DNA of 28,497 nt from Nitrosopumilaceae archaeon (GTDB lineage Archaea; Thermoproteota; Nitrososphaeria; Nitrososphaerales; Nitrosopumilaceae): positions 1 through 28,497 of the forward strand of contig JBQTHX010000068.1 in the NCBI GenBank assembly GCA_052389415.1. Direction: 5' to 3'. Each line of letters opens with the position of its first letter. Position 1 is the stretch's first letter. Under the pieces are notes generated by a model, which worked only from the letters and a program-made list of their open reading frames with translations, was not told the origin of the DNA and searched no databases. Position numbers and translations under genes: made by a program. Below are positions 1 through 8,410 of this stretch, piece after piece.

Positions 1-723
1 AGCGACATAGGTTTTTCAATCGTAAAAAAATTTGTTGAAGAAGGATCACAAGTAGTTATGATAGGTAGAAGATTGGATTCATTAAAAAAAGCTGCATCTG
101 CCCTAGGAAATAATTCTAAACAAACTGTTGCGCTTCCGTGTGACATTACAAATGATGGACAAGTAATCCAAACAATAGAGCAAGTTTATGACCATTATGG
201 AAAAATTGACATATTAGTAAATAATGCAGGCGCAATCAATGATCCAATACACTTTCATGAAATGTCTGATTCTGATTGGATGTCTCTAATTAACACCAAT
301 ATGATTGGAACTTTTAGAATTACAAGAGCGGTTTTATCCAAAATGCTTGAGAAAAAAACCGGTTCCATCATTAACATTGGTTCAATATCTGCCGAGAGGG
401 CAATTCCAAAAGTACACTTGACAGTCTATTGTGCAACCAAAGCAGCCATCAACATGTTTACCAAAGGCATTGCAGTAGAGTATGCACGAAGAAACATTCG
501 ATGTAACTGCATTAATCCAGGAATAATAAAAGCGGGGATGATAAAATCATATTTAGAATATCCTGAAGCAAAAAAGGTATTAGAAGACAGACAACCACTA
601 AATCGCATAGGCGAACCAGGAGATGTTGCGAATGCAGCTGCGTATTTGGCTTCAGAAGAAGCTAACTGGATATCTGGCATCGTGCTAAATGTGGATGGGG
701 GCAAATCAGCGTCCGAAGGTTAG
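1..723 (+). CDS. Short-chain dehydrogenase/reductase (FabG-like SDR), 5'-truncated by the window edge
   Basis: Frame is open from base 1 (SDIGFSIVKKF..., tail of the Gly-rich NAD(P) motif); has DILVNNAG, catalytic YCATK (YxxxK) and the typical C-terminal LNVDGG. Confidence 0.9.
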   Translation, partial: SDIGFSIVKKFVEEGSQVVMIGRRLDSLKKAASALGNNSKQTVALPCDITNDGQVIQTIEQVYDHYGKIDILVNNAGAINDPIHFHEMSDSDWMSLINTNMIGTFRITRAVLSKMLEKKTGSIINIGSISAERAIPKVHLTVYCATKAAINMFTKGIAVEYARRNIRCNCINPGIIKAGMIKSYLEYPEAKKVLEDRQPLNRIGEPGDVANAAAYLASEEANWISGIVLNVDGGKSASEG

Positions 724-726
724 CAA

Positions 727-1173
727 TTAACTTTTTTCATTTTTTAGAAAATCTAGAGAATTTTTAATTGAGTTTTTTACTTCTTCTAACAAATCTTTGA
801 GTATGTTTTCATTGTTTGTTGCCATTTTTTGTTGAAGTTCAGTATTGTAATATTTTAACCACGAATATGTATGGTGCAAATTTTCTATCATTTCGAAAGG
901 AAGTAAAGTCTGCTTGCCTGACAATATTACCGCGTCCCATATATCAGTAAAAAATGGTTTATAATCTTTGTATTGAATTGATTCATGGATAAATCGTAAC
1001 TTTCTTTCGAGATCATCGTTAATCAATACTAGTATTTTTTGTTTCATTCCTTTCTCTTCATTTTTTTGTATTCTTCTATAATTCCAATGCTCAACGTATA
1101 CCGCACCAAAAATTATTCCAGCTAATATCGACATTTCAATAATTAATTGCACCCACTCAATAACCAAAATCAA
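727..1173 (-). CDS. Hypothetical membrane-anchored protein
   Basis: 148-aa ORF with an N-terminal hydrophobic helix; a GGTGA SD-like motif suggests the true start may be the TTG at 1167. Confidence 0.7.
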   Translation of the reverse strand: MILVIEWVQLIIEMSILAGIIFGAVYVEHWNYRRIQKNEEKGMKQKILVLINDDLERKLRFIHESIQYKDYKPFFTDIWDAVILSGKQTLLPFEMIENLHHTYSWLKYYNTELQQKMATNNENILKDLLEEVKNSIKNSLDFLKNEKS

Positions 1174-1223
1174 TCACCAAAATACTGAAACCGATCAGAG
1201 TTTGTCATTAGGTTATGAAAAGA

Positions 1224-1580
1224 TCATTTTAATCGATTGTAAATAGATTTGAATTCTTCTGCTATGGTATATGCTAGGTTTTGTAACTTTGTAACTTCTA
1301 TCATGTTTGTTTTCCCCATAGCAATTTGTCTCATCTGTGTCATACATTTGTGCACTGTATTATGATCTGAGGGGGCAGTCTTGTCAGACCATGCCTTAAA
1401 ACAATCATTAAAATCAAGACAAAAATTCAGAATTATCGTTTCCCAATCTTTTGTATTACTTGGATATCCCATGCCATGAGCAAGTTCTCGAAATTCATTA
1501 CTTCGATCAATTAAGAGCATTTTTAGGGATTTTGCAGCAATTACAGTATCATAATTATCAAGTGGAGAGGATCCTTGCAT
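1224..1580 (-). CDS. Hypothetical protein
   Basis: 118-aa ATG ORF with a TATA-like element ~25-30 nt upstream and an island operator at 1622-1639. Confidence 0.7.
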   Translation of the reverse strand: MQGSSPLDNYDTVIAAKSLKMLLIDRSNEFRELAHGMGYPSNTKDWETIILNFCLDFNDCFKAWSDKTAPSDHNTVHKCMTQMRQIAMGKTNMIEVTKLQNLAYTIAEEFKSIYNRLK

Positions 1581-1621
1581 CTGAGTTAGTAAAAATAATG
1601 TGTATTTTAATAATGTTATGC

Positions 1622-1639
1622 ATTATCAATTTTGATTAC
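1622..1639. promoter_or_regulatory. Island operator ATTATCA-ATTT-TGATTAC (for ORF 1224-1580)
   Basis: Matches the repeated palindrome; lies just upstream of a minus-strand TATA-like element at ~1603-1613. Confidence 0.7.
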
Positions 1640-1649
1640 CAAATTCCAG

Positions 1650-2528
1650 TCACACAAAATGAGGATCTTTTTTTACTAATCTTGAATGAGTTTCAACTTC
1701 GCTGTATGCTCTAGTAACATCAGTTGATGTAATTACACCTTCCAAATCCTTTTCATTGTTTACAGTTGGTATTCCGCTCACTTTATACAAACTCATTAAT
1801 TTTGCGGCTTTTCCAAGATCTTCTTCTGATTCCACTGTTAAAAGTTCTGTTCCTAAAAGTTCACCTATCTGCATTTCTTTGTTTGAATTTATTGAAACAA
1901 GATAATCCCTAGTATCACTTGGTTTGTCCTGTTTAAAATATTCACTGTGTTTCATAAACAAATCATAAGTAACTACCCCAATTGGTTTTCCATAACTATC
2001 TGTTACAACAATTCGCGCGATCTTATTTTTGTTTAACATATTTAATACAAATAGTAATGAATCAGACTTGCGACATGTAATGAGCCTTCTAGTCATGTAA
2101 TCTTTTACTTTGCAGATTCCAGAATATTTTGTAGCAAAGTTTCCAGTTATATCTGATTTGGTAGTTATTCCTACAAGTTTTCCATTCTCATCTACTACTA
2201 AAATTGCACATATCTGAAATGTTTCCATCCTTATGGCACATTGTGTTAAATGATCATCCTGTCCAACTGCTATTGTAACAGGATTTCTGCTCATTATTTG
2301 ATTTAATGGTATTTCATCTAGAGATCTAGTAGTTTTATCCTTCTCAAGGAAATTTCCAATATCTCGTTCTGTTACAATGCCTAGTGGTATTTTATTATCT
2401 TCAATCACTACCCTTTTGATTTCATTTTTTTGCATAAGTAATAATGCATCATGAATACTATTATTTTGCGTCAAAGTCAATACCGGAGTACTATAAAGAT
2501 ACATTCCTGTTTTCATCATTTTGCTCAC
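1650..2528 (-). CDS. CBS-domain protein (4 CBS repeats, two Bateman modules)
   Basis: Four G(I/V)(I/V)TxxD motifs (GIVTERD, GITTKSD, GVVTYD, GVITSTD); TATA spacing suggests the real start is the ATG at 2519 or 2516. Confidence 0.9.
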   Translation of the reverse strand: MSKMMKTGMYLYSTPVLTLTQNNSIHDALLLMQKNEIKRVVIEDNKIPLGIVTERDIGNFLEKDKTTRSLDEIPLNQIMSRNPVTIAVGQDDHLTQCAIRMETFQICAILVVDENGKLVGITTKSDITGNFATKYSGICKVKDYMTRRLITCRKSDSLLFVLNMLNKNKIARIVVTDSYGKPIGVVTYDLFMKHSEYFKQDKPSDTRDYLVSINSNKEMQIGELLGTELLTVESEEDLGKAAKLMSLYKVSGIPTVNNEKDLEGVITSTDVTRAYSEVETHSRLVKKDPHFV

Positions 2529-2557
2529 TCTTGTTTAAGATTTAAAGTATGGATATG

Positions 2558-2575
2558 ATTTTCATCCATGGTCAT
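2558..2575. promoter_or_regulatory. Island operator ATTTTCA-TCCA-TGGTCAT (degenerate)
   Basis: 11 bp upstream of minus-strand TTTAAA (2546-2541) of the CBS gene. Confidence 0.55.
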
Positions 2576-2607
2576 AAAATAAAAATTCTGAATTCCCAAT
2601 GCGATTT

Positions 2608-2943
2608 TCACCCTGTTGCATTGGGAACTATCTCAATATCCAATGAACCTCCATTAAAGTAGGCAACTATGGATTTTACTTTACTCTTGTACAAAAAATA
2701 TTTTTTACCATCTTCATTAATTGAGCCTGAGATTCCAAGGAGCTTATTATCGTGTAATTCCTGCACTCTTCTATATGCAGTGCTGATTGGGATTTTACAT
2801 TCTGCGCTCAGTTCAATTGCTGATTTTGGAAAATCCAGTGTTGCCTCAAGAATGGCACGAGAGTATTTGTCAGCTAATATTCTTAGCATGACATCTTTCG
2901 TAACTTCTTCTTGAACCTGTTTTCCCTGTTGAAGTACTTGCAT
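2608..2943 (-). CDS. Winged helix-turn-helix transcriptional regulator (ArsR-like)
   Basis: LADKYSRAILEAT...KSAIELSAECKIPISTAYRRVQEL HTH plus wing; paralogous to 28018-28347. Confidence 0.85.
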   Translation of the reverse strand: MQVLQQGKQVQEEVTKDVMLRILADKYSRAILEATLDFPKSAIELSAECKIPISTAYRRVQELHDNKLLGISGSINEDGKKYFLYKSKVKSIVAYFNGGSLDIEIVPNATG

Positions 2944-3008
2944 GCAAAGTCTTTACATGTTTATCGATATAGATAGTGGGATTGCTTTGCCATGCACTGC
3001 ACTAAATA

Positions 3009-3488
3009 CTAATGAACAATCATTACAGGGCAAGTAGCTAATTCAGTAACTTTACGGCTGACACTTCCAAGGGTGACAATCTTGGCTAATCCATGTCTGC
3101 CTTGGCTTCCCATAACAATTAGGTCAATTTTACGACCACGCATGAATTTCAGAATCGATTCCACGGGATGCCCTGATATGATGTCATAAAATGTTTTAGA
3201 TATTCCTCTTGCTTTGCAGATCCCCACTTCTGCTAAAAGGTCTTTTCTTACTTGCGATTTTACCGCAGAAATGTATTCGTTTATTGATTCTTCAAGGATC
3301 TTGTCTTTTTTTAGTAAGGCTAGTAGCATACCTGGAGGAAAATCAGATGTATCGACTGCAGCAATTATGTAAATTTCTGAATCAAATTTTTTGGCGATAC
3401 TAATTGCTTGACTGATAGCATTTCGAGAATACCGTGAACCATCAAATGGAACAAGAATTCTTTTAAAAATCCCGTTTGTCATAAACAA
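3009..3488 (-). CDS. Universal stress protein (UspA family)
   Basis: FKRILVPFDGS, DLIVMGSQG, LGSVSRKV and CPVMIVH motifs; start is probably the ATG at 3482. Confidence 0.93.
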   Translation of the reverse strand: MFMTNGIFKRILVPFDGSRYSRNAISQAISIAKKFDSEIYIIAAVDTSDFPPGMLLALLKKDKILEESINEYISAVKSQVRKDLLAEVGICKARGISKTFYDIISGHPVESILKFMRGRKIDLIVMGSQGRHGLAKIVTLGSVSRKVTELATCPVMIVH

Positions 3489-3521
3489 ATTATTATCAAT
3501 ATATACTTAAATCAATTCATA

Positions 3522-3539
3522 GACTCCATTGATGATTAT
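3522..3539. promoter_or_regulatory. Island operator GACTCCA-TTGA-TGATTAT (for Usp 3009-3488)
   Basis: 10 bp upstream of minus-strand TTTAAGTA (3511-3504). Confidence 0.55.
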
Positions 3540-3573
3540 CAAATGTATTCTTTGTTTGTTAGTGGAAAAAGTC

Positions 3574-3604
3574 ACTGTCAAAAATGATAATCAATATGGG
3601 GAAT
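3574..3604. promoter_or_regulatory. Tandem island operators ACTGTCA-AAAA-TGATAAT / ATAATCA-ATAT-GGGGAAT (for Hsp20 3644)
   Basis: Two overlapping copies 13 bp apart; ends 10 bp before TATATAAA (3615-3622). Confidence 0.7.
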
Positions 3605-3643
3605 TTAGAATCTGTATATAAATAAGAAAGCTAAAACTTCAAC

Positions 3644-3928
3644 ATGGAAAAAAAATCCAAAGAAAAGAAACTAGATACTTCGGTAGAAATTTCTGCAGAG
3701 CATAAAGAACAAGAAGAAGAAAAAAAGAAAAACTATGTCAGAAAAGAACGTAAAGAGTTATCTTATCACAGAACATTGCCTTTGCCTGAAAAAGTTATAT
3801 CTTCAAAGGCAAATGCGAAGCTAAACAATGGAATTCTAAGTATAGAGATTCCAAAAACAACACCAACTCCAAAACCAAAGAGCTCTACTATCTCAGTTCA
3901 ATGGTTCTTTTCAATTTTTTATTTTTAA
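3644..3928 (+). pseudogene. Hsp20/alpha-crystallin small heat-shock protein, internally deleted (probable pseudogene)
   Basis: Only the C-terminal half of the alpha-crystallin domain is present (VEISAE...ERKELSYHRTLPLP...AKLNNGILSIEIPK...ISV), fused directly to MEKKSKEKKL; reads past the IxV motif into the convergent gene. Confidence 0.65.
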
Positions 3929-4816
3929 TATATTGTTCTTTATTATTTGTGCAGAATCACCAAGAGCTTTTAGTTCTGGCCAATTCAGATCGATTTTGTT
4001 TATTTTAATTATTCCTGTTTTACATATAGTAACTGGTATGCCAAGACATACGTCGGATAATCCATATTCGCCTTCTAATAACATAGATGCTGAAAAATCC
4101 CTCTTTTCATCATTAACAATTGTTTTGACAATATCAAAAGTATTTTTGGCAGCTCCAAAAACAGAAGCCTCTTTAAATGATTTTAAGAGTTTCCAATAAT
4201 TTTTTAATTCCTCGGTAATTCGTATAGTTTCACTCTCTTCTAATATTTGCAGAATAGGTTTTTCATCATATTTTGCACTTGAAAATATCGGAACCATGGA
4301 ATCACCGTGTTCACCCATTACAATGCCTTCTACTTTTGACATGTTTGTTTCAAGAGACTTGGCAAGTAAATAACGAAATCTGGCAGAATCAAGGCTTGAA
4401 CCCATTCCAATAACGTTTTCTCTGTTCAAGCCAGTTTCTTTTAATATTGTGTACGTAACAACATCCAAAGGATTCGTTACTACCACAATCTTTGCACTGT
4501 CGTTGTACTTTCTTATTTTTTGTGCGATTTCTCTAGCTAATGAAACATTTGCTAAAAGCAAATCTGTTCTATTGGTAGTTATTTTTCCTCTGCTTGCCGT
4601 TATTACGATCACTTTGGAATCTCTTATTGTCTCAAAATCGTCTGTGCCTATTACAGAAATTGATGAATCTTCAGATATGGAATTGGTAATATCAAGTGCT
4701 TCTCCGATTGCCTTGGTTTTAGTAGAATTTATCAGAGTAATATCATCCAATCCCGTCGATGCCGCTAGAAATCCCACTGCAGAACCGACTCGGCCAGCTC
4801 CAATTATGGAAATAAT
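3911..4816 (-). CDS. Divergent lactate/malate dehydrogenase family protein; apparent start codon ATT at 4816
   Basis: In-frame N-terminal extension IISIIGAGRVGS (GxGxxG) upstream of the tracked GTG; has VVTNPLD, LDSARF and GEHGDS; AGGTGA SD lies 6 nt upstream of the ATT. Confidence 0.85.
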   Translation of the reverse strand: MISIIGAGRVGSAVGFLAASTGLDDITLINSTKTKAIGEALDITNSISEDSSISVIGTDDFETIRDSKVIVITASRGKITTNRTDLLLANVSLAREIAQKIRKYNDSAKIVVVTNPLDVVTYTILKETGLNRENVIGMGSSLDSARFRYLLAKSLETNMSKVEGIVMGEHGDSMVPIFSSAKYDEKPILQILEESETIRITEELKNYWKLLKSFKEASVFGAAKNTFDIVKTIVNDEKRDFSASMLLEGEYGLSDVCLGIPVTICKTGIIKINKIDLNWPELKALGDSAQIIKNNILKIKN

Positions 4817-4829
4817 GAAATTTCACCTA

Positions 4830-5258
4830 TCACTTTACTATCAAAACAGGTACCTTGGATTTATGAAGAACACTATTTGAAACACTTCCCAAAAATACTT
4901 CTTTTACTGATCCTAATCCTCTAGCTCCTATGACAATAAGATCAAAGTTTTTCTCTGCAGCATAGCCTACAATCTCTTCTGATTCATGACCATCTGTTAT
5001 TTTCTCATTAAATACAATTCCATTTTGTGCGCATCGAACTTTAGCTTCCTCCATTATTTCCTTTCCTCTCTTTCGGAGCTCTTTTTCATAGGATATGGGT
5101 GTCAACAGCAAAGATTTGGGATAAAAAGGCACTACGTTAATCCCAGTTAATGTGGCTCCACATTGTCTTGCTAGGTAAACTGCATAGTCTAGACCTCGAA
5201 ATGAATTTTTTGAACCATCAAGAGGTACAAGAATCCTTCTTATCGCTGGCAATTTCAT
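4830..5258 (-). CDS. Universal stress protein (UspA family)
   Basis: RRILVPLDGS, DLIVIGARG, LGSVSNSVL and PVLIVK motifs. Confidence 0.94.
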   Translation of the reverse strand: MKLPAIRRILVPLDGSKNSFRGLDYAVYLARQCGATLTGINVVPFYPKSLLLTPISYEKELRKRGKEIMEEAKVRCAQNGIVFNEKITDGHESEEIVGYAAEKNFDLIVIGARGLGSVKEVFLGSVSNSVLHKSKVPVLIVK

Positions 5259-5298
5259 AGATTAGATTATTTCCATGCCAATTTAATAATGTATTTAG

Positions 5299-5316
5299 AA
5301 TATCAATATTGATAAT
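5299..5316. promoter_or_regulatory. Island operator AATATCA-ATAT-TGATAAT (for the Usp-MDH operon)
   Basis: Near-perfect palindrome, 9-10 bp upstream of minus-strand TTATTAAA (5289-5282). Confidence 0.75.
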
Positions 5317-5363
5317 AAAGAATTGATTTATCAAATTATTATGATTCATTTCGGATGATTGTC

Positions 5364-5394
5364 TTTATCACTCACGATTATCAATATTAGGAAT
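5364..5394. promoter_or_regulatory. Tandem island operators TTTATCA-CTCA-CGATTAT / ATTATCA-ATAT-TAGGAAT (for the CBS-HPF gene)
   Basis: 13-bp offset pair ending 10 bp before TTTTTATT (5405-5412). Confidence 0.7.
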
Positions 5395-5488
5395 CAATCG
5401 CTCTTTTTTATTATTCATTAATTGTATTTCTTGTGTAATAAGCCATGGAGCAACTGTTAATTATGCTGAATTCGATGGAGTTTTTGGA

Positions 5489-6658
5489 ATGAGTTCGCCC
5501 CAAACCACACATGAATATTTGAAAGACATTCGCAATACAAATGTTACAAGAGTAATGCGTGCTGCAACAATGGTGGAACCCTCGTATTCACTCTCAAAAG
5601 TAATTGGTATGATGTCTGAAACTGATTCTTTTGATGTATACTGTATAGATGATGGGAAGGTATTGACAACAAATGGACGAGAGATTCTGAGTGCCAAAAA
5701 CATCGCGTCTGTGAAAATTTCTTCCTTGTTACACAGAATAAAACCGCTGTCAAAAACAGACACAATAGAAAAAGCTGCTACTGCAATGTCTCACTATAGA
5801 ATGCGTTCATTTCCTGTGATGGACGGTAAGAAAATCATGAGCGTCGTGACAGCAAAAAATATAGTCAATCTCTTGTCAAGACAAAATCTGAATTGGATTA
5901 GGGCAAATTCTGTCCTAACTGCAAATCCTATAGTTCTAAGCAACGTCGAATCACTTGCAAAAGCTAGAAAAACCATGATGACAAAGAGAATAGATCACAT
6001 ACCAATATTTCACAAAGGCAAAATTGGTCAAGTTTTAACTTCAATGCATTTGCTCCGATTGATTACTCCTCCTGAGAGGATAGGAAGTGATCAAAAAGGA
6101 GTTAATCCTAAAAGCCGATTTGAATCAGATATAGGAAACATAGGTAGCCCACGAATTCCACTATGTAGTACCAATGATACAATAAACACAGTTATAGATG
6201 CCATGCTAAAATCAGATACAACGTGTTGTCTTCTTACTCTGTGGGAAAATATCCACGGCATAATTACTTACAGGGACATACTAGATCTAATTTCTACAAA
6301 GATTTCAAGTACAGTTCCACTTTACATCATTGGAATGCCTGATGACACTGAGAACGCCGAAATCGTTAAAACAAAATTTCAAAAAATAATCAGTAATTTA
6401 ACTAAAGTTTATCCTGAAGTTGAAGAAGCAAAAACATCAATAAAAACAATACACAATCCAACAAGTCAAAGAAAACACTTTGAGGTTTCAGTTAGAATAG
6501 TTACTCCGTACAAAAATTATAATTATATTGAATCCGGATGGGATCTTTCCAAAGCATTTGATGCATTAGGAAAACGCATTATGAAAAATCTTTCAAACCG
6601 AAGTAAAAAACGTTGGAAGACATCATTACGAAAAGTATCAAAGAGAGAAATTTTTTAA
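5489..6658 (+). CDS. CBS-domain protein with C-terminal HPF/RaiA-like domain (candidate archaeal ribosome hibernation factor, Hib-like)
   Basis: Four degenerate CBS repeats (last GIITYRD), then ~110 aa with a beta-alpha-beta-beta-beta-alpha pattern ending ESGWDLSKAFDAL and a basic tail. Confidence 0.75.
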   Translation: MSSPQTTHEYLKDIRNTNVTRVMRAATMVEPSYSLSKVIGMMSETDSFDVYCIDDGKVLTTNGREILSAKNIASVKISSLLHRIKPLSKTDTIEKAATAMSHYRMRSFPVMDGKKIMSVVTAKNIVNLLSRQNLNWIRANSVLTANPIVLSNVESLAKARKTMMTKRIDHIPIFHKGKIGQVLTSMHLLRLITPPERIGSDQKGVNPKSRFESDIGNIGSPRIPLCSTNDTINTVIDAMLKSDTTCCLLTLWENIHGIITYRDILDLISTKISSTVPLYIIGMPDDTENAEIVKTKFQKIISNLTKVYPEVEEAKTSIKTIHNPTSQRKHFEVSVRIVTPYKNYNYIESGWDLSKAFDALGKRIMKNLSNRSKKRWKTSLRKVSKREIF

Positions 6659-8307
6659 TTACATTCCCATTTCAGGCATATGTGGCTGTCCACCTGGAGG
6701 AGAAGAAGGTTTCGATGAAGCCACGACATTGTCTATTCTAAGTATCATGTTGGCAGTTTCAGTTGCAGATTTGATCACTTGTTCTTTTACCTTGATTGGT
6801 TCTACAATGTCAGATTTTTGAATGTCTCCAACAACTCCATTGATGGAATCAATTCCAGCCCATTTTTCTCCAGCGCTATGTTTAGAACGAAGTTGGGTTA
6901 TTGCATCTATTGGATTCATACCTGCATTTCTTGCAAGCGCCAGAGGAATTGATTCTAAGGCCTCCGCAAATTTTTCTACCGCTAATTGCTCTCTTCCTGA
7001 CAACGATTGTGCCCAACTTCGCAATTTTGTTGCTACGTATCCTTCTGGTGCTCCTCCTCCATACACTATAAGGGTTTTTCTATTACATCCTTTACAACCA
7101 TTAATGCGTCATGAATCGACCTTTCTGCCTCATCAATTACTCTTTGCGATCCTCCTCTGAGTAGTAAACTCACAGCTTTTGGATTTTTACACCCTTCGAC
7201 AAAAACCCAGTTATCATTTTCTATAGGTCTTTCTTCTACAGTTTGAGCATCGCCAAGGTCTTTTTCTGTCAGATCATTTACGCTTCCGACTATCCTTCCA
7301 CCTGTTGCTTTTGCAAGTTTTGACATATCGCTTTCTTTAATTCGTCTTACTGCAATTATCCCAGCTTTAGCTAGATGGTGTTGGGCTATGTCATCAATGC
7401 CTTTCTGGCAAAGAACTACATTTGCATTGATCGATTTTATTTTGTCTACCATTCCTTTTAGTATGCTATCTTCCTCTGCCATGAAAGTACGTATTTGATC
7501 AGGTGTGTTTATGTTAATCTTGGCATCAAATTCCGTTTTTTCAATTTCTAACGGAGCACTAATCAATGCGATTTTTGCATTTTGTATTTTTTTTGGCATG
7601 CCGCTGTGAACAATTTCCTTATCCAAGACAATTCCATTTATCAGTCTGCTATCTGCAATTGATGCTCCTGCCTTCTTTTCTACCTTGATATTGTTTAGAT
7701 CAACTGCAAAAGTATCATCTCTAGGTGTTACTACAGAAAGCACTGCGTCAACTGCTATCTTTGCCAAATCTTCTGCCCCTACAGAAACCAATTTTGTTAC
7801 TAATGAAGTAACTGCAATTTTTTCAAGTATTTTTCTATCTTTTGGCTCGACTTTTTGCGCAATTTCTGATAGAAGAGACATGGCCTTAATTGCAGCTTTC
7901 TGATATCCATTTGCTATAATTACAGGATGAATATCATTTTCTACTAGTCCTTCTGCTTTTTCGAGGAGAGCACCTGCCATTACTACAGCTGAAGTGGTTC
8001 CATCACCTACCTCACTATCTGTGGCTTTGGCAACCTCTACCATCATTTTTGCTGCAGGATGCTGAACGTCAATCTCTTTTAGAATAGTTGCACCATCATT
8101 GGTAATTGTAATATCTCCAATAGAGTCAACAAGCATTTTATCCATTCCTCTTGGTCCAAGACTAGTACTGATTATTTCTGCAATTAGTTTGGCTGCTGCA
8201 ATGTTATTACGTTGAGCTTCTCTTCCTCGTGACTGCCTAGACCCCTCCTTTAACACTATTACTGGAATACCTTCCGTAGTTGTCTGAACCGATGACATGC
8301 TGTTCAC
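6659..8307 (-). pseudogene. ths: Thermosome (group II chaperonin) subunit, split by a 1-bp frameshift near 7070
   Basis: [18 protein letters not shown] and GDGTT motifs in 7066-8307 continue as (I)VYGGGAPE...ILRID in another frame; likely start is the ATG at 8298. Confidence 0.9.
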
Positions 8308-8339
8308 ATTGCAAAGTTTTGCTTTTATAATGAACTATG

Positions 8340-8370
8340 AATTTCAGGTATGATTATCAATAATGAAAAT
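8340..8370. promoter_or_regulatory. Tandem island operators AATTTCA-GGTA-TGATTAT / ATTATCA-ATAA-TGAAAAT shared by the divergent ths and PAC2 promoters
   Basis: 9 bp from minus-strand TTATAAAA (8330-8323) and 10 bp from plus-strand TTTTTTAG (8381-8388). Confidence 0.75.
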
Positions 8371-8410
8371 ATTACACCACTTTTTTAGAATAATTATATT
8401 ATAAAATTCA

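Noticed and set aside
7062-7082. Programmed -1 ribosomal frameshift in the thermosome gene
   Set aside because: GAA AAA CCC TTA TAG does not fit an in-frame X XXY YYZ slippery heptamer and I saw no clear downstream structure; an indel is simpler.
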